Positions 28,624 through 41,041 of a stretch of DNA of 64,000 nucleotides are shown piece after piece (positions within the stretch are counted from its first letter, which is position 1; each line of letters opens with the position of its first letter). This stretch comes from Selaginella moellendorffii (lineage: Eukaryota > Plantae > Lycopodiophyta): assembly GCF_000143415.4 (NCBI RefSeq), contig NW_003314311.1:416181-480180 (forward strand). Reading direction: 5' to 3'. The notes beneath the pieces are model-generated. The model did no database searches. It had not been told where the DNA came from and saw only the letters and a program-made list of their open reading frames with translations. Made by a program: the position numbers and the translations under genes.

Positions 28624-31402
28624 TAACCTTTTATTCTTCCATAATAATGGTGGAATATACAAATTAATTTCAAAATGTTATCAATATTATCAATTAATGA
28701 TCTTAATTTTTAATTTTTATCTAATGTAAGTTTTTAATATTTTAAAAATATATATATCTTAATTCTTTAAAAATCTTGGTAAAAGATATTAATAAGAAAT
28801 ATTATGTGTCATACACATAAAATTCTTGAGTTACTTCTTCATAAAATTTTGCAACAAACTGCCATTTTGTATCTTACCATGAGTTATTTATAATTAGTTA
28901 ATATAATTAATTAAAATATAAATCAGAGTATATACATATATAAATATAGGAAAAACATACTATTTATTACTTTCTAATCAAAATCACACTTCCCAACAAA
29001 TACCTGAAAATTCATTTGATAGAATCTTAATAAAATTCTCCTAGATTCTCAAGAATTTTAAGACTGCTCCAATTCTAATTTTTCAGAAAATCATCTTTGA
29101 TTTTTTAAAATTAAATAAACTTAAGAATAGAAACAACTATTACTTTTTAATAAATATAAATTTACTAAATTTTATATTTTTTTTCAAATACTGTAGTCTA
29201 TTAAAAAATAATAAATTTTTTTTAATAACTCAAAATATGCATTTTGAATTTAGCTTTGTTTCTATTTTTTTTTTCAATTGCATAAGTTATCAATTTTTGA
29301 CAAAGTTTTATTCCTTTGATCACACATTAGATCTAATTAGCAGTTTCTCTAAATTTAATAATTAGTTTTTTTTCTCAAGAAAAAAAATAACATAGATTTG
29401 TTTTGTAGTTGAAATCAAATCATGGGAACCACCTATATTAAGTGATGTGGTTTCTATTTCTAAGTTTGTACACTTAGACCTTATATCATTTCTTCATTTT
29501 GGAAGGATAGAAGGCAGTTAAAGTTCTCTAGTTGATGGCATGGCAGCCCAAGAGACTATCTCACTCCACCATAGAATAAAACTATAACCACACACCAATA
29601 GATGCCCATTCTGAGCAAAAGTGGAGATAATGGCATTGTAGGCTATAAGATCCCATTGTGGCATTTCCAAAAATGTTATACCAAGCATATCTAGTTGTTC
29701 AGTTGATTTAGATGTTTTCTATAGTTAGATATTGTGTCTTTGAAAGGGAGAAGAAACTATTGGATGGTGTTCAATATCAAGCTCATACATTGCAAGGCAA
29801 ATGTAGTCATTCTTCATCACCTTGAAAGTCTTCCTTTGTTAAATGTGCCTTATATTTACTAGCAAACACCAAAAAATTGGGCATAATTTCATTAAACATA
29901 AAACCAACAAAGATAGGGGGACTTATTATAGAAGTACCTATAGAAAGGAGGGTTGTTTCTGAACTGGAACCCAATGGTTTGCCCAGATGTATCACCCAAA
30001 ACTATTTTCATTGGCACTACTCTCCATTCGAGGCCATACCCACCCCATAGCTGCCGCCACTGCCACTATGTATTGAACCTAGCATCATGGGTGGGCAACA
30101 GCCCATTCTTAGAGGGCCTTCAGCCCTAACACTATGCTAGATCTTTTTTTAAAATGTTTTCATTATCTATTATACAAATAGATTTTGATGAGGCTCTAGA
30201 AGAGTCTATTGTCAAAGTAGATTTGCACTCAATTTGAGATATTCAAGTATATTCAGATCCTACTTTGCTATATATAATCCTTAGCTTTATTTTTTACTCT
30301 AAATGGCTGCCTTACAAAGAAACAAAAACTGTACAAATATGGCAAGTAGGCTTGAGTCATAGATCTTGGATTTGAGAAATGGAGCAAGCTTCTAACAAGT
30401 CAATCATTATCAATGAGATCCTTGACTCTTGAACAAGGCATCTAGTCTCAGTCTCTAAAATAGGATTACGTGCTTTCTAATGAGTTAGTGAGTATTGCAT
30501 TAACAATGGTGGCTGAAGATAAGCAAAGCTACCATGTCCTCTAAGATCTTTTCTCTAAAGAGGTGAGTTTCCTTTTTATTCTTTGTTGTCCTTTCTAAGT
30601 TTTGTTTTGTTTTTACAAGGCAATGAATTATAAATAAGAACTGCAACACTCTACTTGTATGACCAAGAGGAGTTGAATTTTTACAAAGTGATGATCTATG
30701 TAAGGCAAAGATATGAGATTATCATCAATTACCAACCTACTACAGTTGAGTGTGCCATCATCAAACAAAGATAAGCATTAAATTATAGATGACGAATAAC
30801 AAAACTATAAGGTGATCTCTTAGCCTTGTACAAAAAGAATGGTGTGTACATAAGCTGAGAGAAGAGACAAGGCTTTTATAGCCAGGCTAGTTGGCTAGTA
30901 CCAACCAAAATGGAGCTTGGGTAAAAGTCAAACTCTAGCACACTTGACATGATTGTTTAGTTGGCTATGGGGCAAGATTGAGGGCAACACTTTATAGAGC
31001 ACATAGTTTACCCTCACCTAGATTTAATCCTAGATATAGTAAGAAACCTTAGTATCAACTGCCAACATCATGGCCAATAGGTTATGTCGTAGCTCAAACA
31101 TATGCCATGGCACAGCTAAAAAACTAGAGCTTTTGAGGAACCTAGCTCCTAATTACTATAGTTATATTACTTCTTGGATGGCTTCATCAAAATGGAAGAT
31201 TTTTTGTTAATGTGGTGTAATTAAGTTTGTCACTTAGTTTCTTGTAAGGAGGCATAGGAATATTCTTTTGCTACTACTCTACAATGATAACATGTTCTTA
31301 AAAACAAAGTATTCTTCCTATATTAGCAACACTGTATTGATTTGTATTATGCATACTATATAATAGCTTGTAGTGCATAAAAAAAATCTTAAATAAAAAA
31401 CC

Positions 31403-31776
31403 TATAAGCTTCTAGATTTGTAGTATAGATTAACTAACCCAGTATTACTCAAATTCAAGTATCCAAAACTCTTAATTAATTGGAAAAGAGGGTGCAAGTT
31501 CATAAGCCATTTCTATCATAAATGGACAACTGCTCCACTCTCTTGACATAACCAAGAAAAAAATCAAACTTAAGACATCTTTAATATTAAATTATAAATT
31601 TCTAGATTTAGACTTCCCAAGAGGTCACCCAACCCAATATTACCAAACCTAAAGAAACTTATCCCAAAACTTTTTACCAATTGGAAAAAAAAGTGCAATC
31701 ATATTTATGGGCCCTTTCCCTTTATATTTGAATCCTATTAAATCATCTCCTAAGTCATTCTCTTTAGTTTCTTACA
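31403..31776 (-). mobile_element. Cassandra-like TRIM: two short LTRs carrying 5S rRNA internal-promoter sequence
   Basis: Minus strand of 31611-31644 is GGTAATATTGGGTTGGGTGACCTCTTGGGAAGTC, versus plant 5S AGTAGTACTAGGATGGGTGACCTCCTGGGAAGTC (28/34). LTR at 31593-31776, degenerate iMet PBS at ~31580-31591, and a second partial LTR at 31403 to ~31510. Confidence 0.7.
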
Positions 31777-32369
31777 AAATTTTTATTGTTGAGAATATAG
31801 AAATTTATCCTCCTCTAAGACTTAGATATTTACTAAGTAAAGGATATTAATTCTTCAAATATAATGAAATCTAGTATGTATGGGAATTACACCAATCAAA
31901 ACATTATAGCAAGTTTTAGGGGGAGATGCAATTATATTGTAAGGAAAACAATTTAAAACATATGTGTGTTTAAATTTTGTATGACTCACAAAATAATCTT
32001 TGAATATAAGTTTTTTTCAAGATATTAGAGTGTATACATGGTTTTGTACACATTAGTGCTGTATATAAATTCTTCAATACTAAGACATCAATTCATCATT
32101 ATGCAATGCTAAGAGATGGACAATATGTGTTAGTGCTAAAAGTATGTGAGACATAAATTCTAAAGTCCCAAAGTGAAGCCTAAAGTATGCCATATGGTAG
32201 TGGCTAAAGTAAAAGCTTAATGAGCATACCATATTTGGACTAAAATTGTTGATTTGAAATGTAAAGTGAGAGTGAAACTCCCAAAAAAGTGCTCAAGGAA
32301 CAAAAACAAAGTGATTGAAAAGTGAGTCTTGAAAAGGGGATAAAAACTCACCAACACATGACAAATGTT

Positions 32370-33560
32370 ATAACACGTAGAAGTGTCAAGACTAGGTCCA
32401 AGATGGAGTTTAGATAGAGTCTGAGAAAGAGTCTGAGATGGAGTCTGAGACTAGGTTCAAGATTGAGACTGAGACCAAGACCAAATTTAGAACCAAGATT
32501 GGGACAAAGACTAGGTGTGAGATTGAGTTCAAGTCTAAATTCGAGTTCGAGTCCAAAGGTGAAAGCCTAAAACAATTGTCTCCCAAACCTTGGGGGTTTG
32601 GTGAGCCCCTATGGGATAGAAAGGGGGAAGACTTTAGTGGAACCAATTTATTCAAGAAAGGCTAGTACGGCCAAGGAAAGTTACATTCATATGGTGGGTG
32701 ATAATATAATTATTAAAGAGTTTAAGGCTAAAGTTAACATAAATAAATAAAAGGTGAAGTGTTCCAAAGCCAACTCTAGCTCCTCTTGGAGATCAAATGG
32801 TTGATGCTCTCAATCCAAGTGTGGGTGGCACTACCTACTTGGATACCTTATGTGGTTTATTAGAATTTCACTTTAGCCACATGGCTAAAACACCTAGTAG
32901 TGTAAGGTGGGGGGAGTACCCATGAGGCTCATATTAGGTTGTGGTGTTTCAAAATATCATTCCAAAATCCTAGACCATAGAAAGAGAAAGAGTTATCCTC
33001 TTGCTTGATAATTAAAGATATAGTTATGTGGTGAGGAAGTCTTAGAGTTTAATAGGGCTTACTGGATGGGCCTTCAAACTCTAAATTAGTGATAATGTTG
33101 ATGAGTATTGCCATAAATGGAGAAAGACTTAGTGAGGATTGAAGGAACGATATTAGAAGGATGGTGTTCTCTATATCTTGGGACATCCTTAAGATGTTAA
33201 AGTGTAGTCATGGAATGACCACTCATGAATGGATGGCCTAGTGTTGAAAAAATAGGACTGTGTTATAGGTGGTCTTGGACTACCAATGAAATAAAAATGA
33301 ATGGATATAGCCTTGGTGTAATAAGTTGAGATGTTAATAATACTTTTGGGTGTCGAAAGTGAAACCAGACACATAAAGCATTTGGACTAAGTATGAACCC
33401 GATGTGGTTTTGGGAAACAAATACCCTAAGGTGGATGTGGACCTAAGGTTGTGATTGAAACTCCTCCAAGAGGTCAAAAGCATAGTTACGGGGCTAAAGT
33501 AAAATAAAAAATTTAATCATTTACAAAGTGTCAATCTTGTTCAATACTCTAAAAGGCCAC
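32370..33560 (+). mobile_element. Degenerate LTR-derived sequence with hexamer repeats
   Basis: Homology to 23760-23860 and patchy similarity to the LTR at 1-540 (GGGG..GTACCCAT..TTAGG..GGTGTTTC). GAGTCT/GAGACT hexamer array at 32416-32555. Confidence 0.55.
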
Positions 33561-34179
33561 CACCATCATGCTTCTAGGGCTTCTAACACAATCTTAGGAG
33601 CAACACCCTCTTGGGCAAGATCCTTCCATAGTTTCTTAAGATTAAATGCTTAAATCTTAGCCATAATCTCCTGGCACCTACTTCAATTGGTTTATATCTC
33701 TATAAACCCAAAATCTTGAGGAGCTTAAACTTACCTCAAATTCTTTAAGATTAAGGACCAGTCCTAGTGCAATGCCCTGTTCTTGATACTTGTCAATCTA
33801 CAACTAAGAAAAACATAGAAAAGGCACTCATTAATTACTCATAACAAGATCTTACAATGCTTTGCACTTTATTGTAGAATAAATCATAGATTGAATCAAA
33901 TCACTCAAAAAAGAGGAGATGACATGGTTGCACATATGGTATGACATTTCCTATACAAATATTATAATGCACACAATTATGAAATATAATCAAAACGCAA
34001 ATGTGGGCATAATAAATTTTGTGTGCAATTGAAATAAAAATAACAATCACACATATATCATCATATAAAGGAATAGCTATAAAATATAAGGAAAAACTAA
34101 AAATAATAAATTAAACTAAAAAATTTAAATAAGTAAAGACAATTTAACAGCTCTATTAATGTTGTATTTTTAATTTATA

Positions 34180-34472
34180 AAATCTGGATGATCTATTTAT
34201 AAATTAATATATTAATCATAGATAGTATCTTATATATAATATAGACTATTTGATTTGATTAAATAGTCCATCTAAGGGTTTAAAATCTAGTTAAGATATT
34301 TATATCACAAATACTAATCATTCTTATCAATGAAATATAAAAGTTTTATGTTAAGTACTTTTTTAAATTTATTCTCAAAATATATTTCATTGGAGATAAT
34401 AGAGCAATTATAATGGAAATAAATATGAATAATATTATATTTTTAAACCACTCATTGCCTTCTAGTGGAAAT
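34180..34472 (+). pseudogene. Truncated paralogous copy of the 5' region of the lectin ORF
   Basis: Collinear matches to ~37680-38030: GATAGTATCT, TTTGATTTGATT, TCTAAGGGT, TAATCATTCT..AATGAAATATAAAA, TATTCTCAAAA, CACTCATTGCCTTCT. Confidence 0.7.
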
Positions 34473-34599
34473 AATATTTTTATTAGTATGGATAAGTGTA
34501 TGGCTTGGCTAGTTTAGAGTACTTAAAACTCTAGATGCAAAGGCTTTAATAGTTATTTTAATGGTTTTGCATGATATAGGCATTTGATGGTGGAATTAG

Positions 34600-37150
34600 C
34601 TTGAGGAGTTTTGTGTAGATAAAAAACCACCAACATTTATCATATATAAGAGGTTATCTTTTATTAATTTTTTGCCTTCAAAGAGTTTAGAGAAACTTTT
34701 TGACATAGCTTGTCAACTTAACAATGACAAGTACAAGTTTTGTCAGTGGCCATATTTAACTTCTTAGAGAGAGAAGGAAAATACTTTAATTCCCAAAAAT
34801 TCTAAATCCTCTTTCTTGCCCACAAGGGTTAAAGGTGGCCATAAAGAACCTTAGAGCATTTTCTTATGTTTGAGCGAGTGTTGGGGGAAGTGCCCTTCAT
34901 TCCCCTAACAAATGATGAATTTGGCACAACACACCTTACTTTCTATAAAATTATTTTTCTCTTTCTCTTTTGACTACTAACTTTGAGGAGTGATTTTTTG
35001 TTAATTTAGCTCTAGATTTACTTGATCTTGGGCATGTTAGATAGTTTTAGTTCTCTTTTTTTCTGTGAAGTATAACATTCATCAAGTTGTGTAATATTTG
35101 AGGAGATAAACTATTTCTTGGCTTGATTTTGTGAACATTTTAAAGTTTTTTCTTTATTACCTAAATTCTTAGCCTAATTTCTCAAAGTGGTGCATTTGGG
35201 TTTATAGATCTGGCTTATATCTACAAGTAGAGGTGGTTCTTTGTGCTAGAATTGAGAAAATTCATAGCATGCAAAATGATTTTCTTCTTAGGCTAAATAA
35301 AGGTGTTTTTATAGCAAGAATTTAAGCTTCTTTAGGCTTCATTTTGGATGCCATTTTTTTCTAGAGGCACTTTTAGTCATAACCTTTCCATCAATACTTT
35401 TAGCACTTTAGTATCGATCTAAGTTGACAACATGGTAGTGGTTTTTCACAATATTGATATTCTAGATTTACCTTTCTTGGATCTTATGGGATATTAAGAC
35501 ATTGTAATTTCCTAAATTTAGACTTTCCAAGAGGATAACCAGCCCAATACTACTTAAATCCAAAGACATTTAACTCCAAGACCCTTAACTTATTGAAAAA
35601 TGGAGTTCATTTTTATTTATATGCCTTTTTTCCTCTATATTTGAATTTTTATGAATTGTTTCCCAAGTCATTCTCTTTGGTTGCTTACAGGTATTTTCAT
35701 CACGAATTCTTGAAATAGGGTTGTAGATTGGGTTGAGCTCTTTTCAACAAGCCTATTTAAAGATAGAATAGTCGTTAAAGGTTATTTAAGATTATACAAT
35801 TTAGTGTTTGCTTCCAAAGCCCCTATAAAAAGTTGAATATGTCTAGAATTAAGATTAGGATATTTATTTCCTTTTTTAAATTAAACCTTGTTAAAGGTTT
35901 TTTGGAAAAGAAGCAATCTTTTTAGTAGACGTGTTTAAGAGTGGGTTTTAAGATGTTGAGGGAGCTACCCTAGAGCAAATTTACCAACAAAACTATATTT
36001 CTTTCATTTTCAAGCTTGTTTTCTTTGTCACATGATTTTGGTATTTTGAGTATTTGATACCGGTATTGAAGGTGTAGTGCATCTGATTATGGGATGAAAT
36101 TTAAATATATTATAACCATAAATCCTTGAAATCTTAGGGATAGAAACATTATTCTTCTTTCCCCAAATCTTTGTCAGAATTTGAGTTTTCTTCTTCAGTG
36201 GGATTTGGCTGGAATAAAAAAAAAAAAGCCACTAAAAATGCTCTTTTATTAAATAATTGATCTTTTTCCAATTGGTTTAAGAGGAAAGAAGTAAGATGCA
36301 TTACATGTGGTATAAGAGTAAATGACACTAGGTCAATTCCCATTGATTAATGGCTATTTAAAATATAATATATCCTTAAAATGGAAATTGTACATACTTT
36401 CCTTCATCTTATAAAGCATTTATAGACAAAGGTATCCACCGTTGGACTATAGTATCTCTAAAGAGGAGGTAAGTGTCTTTCATCTTATAAGGCATTTATA
36501 GACAAAAATATCCATCATGGGACTACAATATTTCTAAAGAAAAGGTTAGTGTAACACATGTGATTATAGGATAAGATTTGGATTTAGAGAAAGATACGAT
36601 ACACTACATTATGCATGTGGTAAATTAACACCCTTTTCTCATAACTCAAAACTTATAAAATCCAAAAGCAACTTAGGTATGACATAGCACCTTCAAAAGC
36701 CAAATCTTCTTTATCATTGATAAGTTCCAATGACTTAGATTTGTGAGTTATGGTGCAGCCACCTTTAACTTGAGCTTAGCTCCACATTTTACAAAAGAAG
36801 AGTGATCTGCCAACTTTTTCAAATGTTGGAGTAATCTCTCTAATGTTTCATATCAACCTCTTTGACTACTATTACACCACAAACACAATCATCAATGATG
36901 ATTATATATGTTGTGACTTTTTGCAATCTCTTAAAAGCAAAGCGACAACTTAGGTGGAGTCTCTTCTCCCAATGGATAGGATGGACTTCCAGATGCTACT
37001 TGCTTCCTTTAAGTAGCATTTCATCAAAGAAAAACCCACAAATCAGCTATTTATTGATTTCTTTTTGTTCTAGCAAGGACTCACGAGTCTATCCTTGATT
37101 ATATCACCAAGCTTAGAGCTTGCTAGCTATTTATGACCATCTAGTCCACA
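34600..37150 (-). mobile_element. Highly decayed Gypsy gag-region remnants
   Basis: Zinc-knuckle-like ICxGNEGHFPQH on minus at ~34875-34920, Lys-rich decayed frames, and a 76-bp tandem direct repeat at 36403-36553. Confidence 0.4.
35503..35689 (-). mobile_element. Solo LTR of the 5S-containing (Cassandra-like) family
   Basis: TGTAA...TTACA termini, 187 bp. Minus strand of 35521-35575 aligns ungapped to 5S box A-IE-box C (38/55, mostly transitions). Flanks GACAT and GGTAT look like a decayed 5-bp TSD. Confidence 0.75.
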
Positions 37151-37849
37151 TATGCATGGATTAAGTTAGGGACCTTAACCTACCCTAAAGGCTTATAGTA
37201 GTAATGAAGGTATAATGGATCTTTTGAAGTAGTTTAGGGGTGAGGAACTTTAAGAAGTATAGTTATACTTCTTTATTTTTGTTGTTTAGTGTCAAGTCAT
37301 AGCAAATGTAGCTTAAGTTTATCACTTAGTTTCATACAAGAAGGCATAGAAAATTCCTTTCATACTCTACAATGATGATAAGTTTTTAAAAAAGAGGCAT
37401 TCTTTCTATATTAGCAATAGTGGGCTGATTTATATTTATTTATGCATGTAATATTTTAGTGTGTACTAATCCCAACTAAGCAACTATGGTTGTTGATTGT
37501 ATGTAAACATATCCTCCTCTAAGAGCAAAACACATAAAAAGGGTGGTAGGAATAGGAATTAACCATAAATATAAAGAAAAGCTAGAATAAATAAAAAATA
37601 ATAACACTAAAATACAAGTAAAGACACTACTAAACATCTCCACCAATGTCACATTTTTGCTTGTATAATAATGGATGGACTAAATCAAGCTCTATATATA
37701 AATTATCTATTTATTTGTAAATTGCTATGTTAAGAATAGATAGTATCTCATACACAGCATGAACTGTTTGATTTGATTGAATAATCCATATCTAAGGGTC
37801 TACTTCTAATTAGGATATTTCATATAACAATTATTAATCATTCTCATAA

Positions 37850-38752
37850 ATGAAATATAAAATTTTTATTTTAATTAATTTTTCATATCTTTCTATTTAT
37901 TATTCTCAAAAAAGATTTCATTATGAGGATTATGGAGATAATGGAATAATTCCAGAGCAAATAAACATGAATGATTTAGCATCAATGTTTATTATTTTTC
38001 TAAGACACTCATTGCCTTCTGGTAGAAATACACAAGTGGGTTCCACATTTTATACATCTTACATAAGTTCAGAGATACATATTAATATGTTATTTGTTAT
38101 ACTATCTGCAAGCATAAATTGTCCAATAAGCAATGGTATACATGAAATTAATAATGATGCTACTAGGCTTTTATTATCAAGAGTTGGTAGAGAAGTTTAT
38201 TTATCTTTTCGAAATGCTAGAGCATCACATTTTATAAGTATTATTATTCAGTATGATATTGGTATTTTTGTAGTTTTATATCAAATACATGGCTATATTT
38301 CTAGAATAACACCTTTTTATAATATTCACATACATTCACTTCCATATAAATTTTGTAACTTTTTTAAAAATAGATTATTTAGTGGATATAAAGGTTTATA
38401 TATAGCTACACTTAATCCTGGTGAATTTTTAACACATTTTTATAAAGCATATATATTTTTAGTACAACATGATTGTAATACTGTTTTTTATTATCAAAAT
38501 ATAGTTTTATGGGATACTAAAACTTATGGAGCTAGTTTTGATTGTAAATTAAGATTACAAGAAGATGGAAATCTTGTACTTTATTCAACATTTGATTTAC
38601 AATCATTATATGCAACTGGAACTTATTGTAAAAAATCTAATTGTGTGAAACCATCAATGCTTATTCTACAATTAAATTGTGATTTAGTTTTATATCAAGA
38701 TGGAAATCCTTCTATACAAATGTGGTCAACTGAAACAATATGTTATAATTAA
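37850..38752 (+). CDS. Intronless protein with unknown N-terminal domain and C-terminal GNA/bulb-type mannose-binding lectin domain (may be 5'-damaged)
   Basis: Three QxDxNxVxY-type sites (QHDCNTVFY, QEDGNLVLY, QLNCDLVLY) with WDTKT and WSTET repeats. 300-codon open frame in very AT-rich DNA. Confidence 0.7.
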   Translation: MKYKIFILINFSYLSIYYSQKRFHYEDYGDNGIIPEQINMNDLASMFIIFLRHSLPSGRNTQVGSTFYTSYISSEIHINMLFVILSASINCPISNGIHEINNDATRLLLSRVGREVYLSFRNARASHFISIIIQYDIGIFVVLYQIHGYISRITPFYNIHIHSLPYKFCNFFKNRLFSGYKGLYIATLNPGEFLTHFYKAYIFLVQHDCNTVFYYQNIVLWDTKTYGASFDCKLRLQEDGNLVLYSTFDLQSLYATGTYCKKSNCVKPSMLILQLNCDLVLYQDGNPSIQMWSTETICYN

Positions 38753-39139
38753 TAAATTCAAATGTAATTAGAATTTTATATTTTACTTTAAAACTTGAAA
38801 TTTTTCAAACTTATTCCCAAATATAGCTAAAATTCAAATTTACCTAAACTAGAACAAAATTTATTTAATAGTTGTATGCCTAGATAATTTATTCTCAGTT
38901 CTAATAAATTTATAATACTATATTACTTTCATTAAATCAAATATTAATTTTGTGAAGAAATGCTAAATTTATGCAATAAATATATTTAACGTAATTGTAC
39001 TAAATACTAAAATACAGTTTAAAAGGATCCCATTGTAAGGAATGAGGGTTTTACCATAGAACTTCCGACCTGGAGATTTGGTAATAACACTTGAGTAGCC
39101 CCTTGTCACTTTTACTCTCTTGCTCGGCTCCTAAAAACT

Positions 39140-39323
39140 CTGCAGCAGACGTTTGCGAGTCCTGGGTATGGTGACGAGCAGGATTGGGATGCTCCATGAC
39201 TTGTTGCGCAGCTGTTAGACCCAGGAGCTTTTCACTCTGAGTTCCACAAGCAAATAGAAGATCAACCATGCAAGCGTAATGCTCTGGTGACATCAGTTTG
39301 TTCGGCCGGTCGTCCGCTTGCAT
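39140..39323 (-). pseudogene. PLS-PPR C-terminal/E-domain fragment with internal deletion
   Basis: PEHYACMVDLL runs directly into ACGTQSEKLLGLTAAQQVME; the intervening segment is missing. Confidence 0.6.
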
Positions 39324-39669
39324 TGACTCGATACACTCGTAACCTTCGGCCCTCCAGCACAGATAACATGCTCAACACAGTGATCTCACTGCTGGAACAA
39401 CTTATACAACTCTGAAAGAAGATGCACAGAAGCAAAACGATGGACAAGGATGACTCCCACTCTGATATATCATCACTGTGTATATACATATACACATGAT
39501 CAACAGTTGTGACTATCCTACACCTGGATCAGTGATGTGGCAACTCCAACAAACTCGACTGCAAATTCTTGCAAGACATTATGGTGTGGTACGCTACGTG
39601 TTTCTTTGTCTTGGCCACGGACGCAGTTCACCCTTTCGTTGTTCTGCTTTGCAGAAGCTGGTCTTTCTT

Positions 39670-40179
<510 letters not shown>

Positions 40180-40280
40180 TGAAAAGAAACTTGATATCTG
40201 TGTGAGGGGGCCTCTTTGGCGAAGTGCCGATACGAAGCATGCGAGCATTCTTGTTCTATCTTTCGAAACAGCTTCCATAA

Positions 40281-40830
40281 TCAAACCACGGTGGCCGCTC
40301 TACACATGTTAGAGAGCATTACATATGGTGAACCGACACCAGGCTCTGCTTGCATGGCAGCCTGGGACGCGACGGCAAGGCCATCCTTGCTGCTGTAATG
40401 GCCGCCCCGACACGCCGCTGCGAAGCATCTCCAGTCCAAGGCACTCGGAGCGAATGGCATGGCGGCCATCAAGGCTTGGGCGTCGGTCAAGTGTCCCGCA
40501 CTGCACAAGAGGCTCAGCATGCAGCTGTAGTGCTGCCCGCTCGCTACAAGCCCAAAGTCGCAAGTCATGGACGTGAAGCAGTGGCAGCCGCCTCTCACAG
40601 CTCCTCTATGGCTCCACGCCCCGAGAACGCTCGCGAAACAGATGCCATCCGGGTGCCCCACCAGGTTCATTTCGTTGAAGAGCTGCAGTGCCATCTGCGG
40701 CTGGCCCGCTTGAGCGTAGGCGCTGATGACTGCCGTCCACGACACCACGTCCCGCTCGGGCATGCATCCAAACAAATTGCCACACTTGGACATTTGCCCG
40801 CACTGGGCATAGGCTGCAAGCAAAGCAGGG
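40281..40830 (-). pseudogene. Truncated PLS-E PPR gene (last motifs plus E domain only)
   Basis: DVVSWTAVISAYAQAG...HYSCMLSLL...WRCFAAACR...SPYVMLSNM. A frameshifted upstream motif (ERDVISWNALL) lies in another frame. Confidence 0.7.
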
Positions 40831-41041
40831 CGTTCCACGATATAACATCTCTCTCTCGCATGGCGATAAATTCCTTTATGCTTCCGCCGAAACACCGAAA
40901 GCATTGCGTTGCAGCACGGGAGGTTCTACTAATTGAGTTATCTCATTATTTCAAACATAAAACCAAAAACAGAGCAACTTGTACCTCTTGCGCGCGCTCC
41001 GCCAGCTCCTCCGCCAGCAGCCCGCCAGCGCCGCCGCCGCC

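Noticed and set aside
31611-31660. Functional 5S rRNA gene
   Set aside because: Only the internal control region matches. The 5' part and terminator are absent, and the match is embedded in an LTR.
32410-32665. ORFs with ETETKTK / LVLVSVS periodicity
   Set aside because: Product of a hexamer repeat in LTR-derived sequence.
36403-36553. 76-bp tandem repeat as a structured RNA or array
   Set aside because: Two diverged copies within retroelement debris; no recognisable structure.
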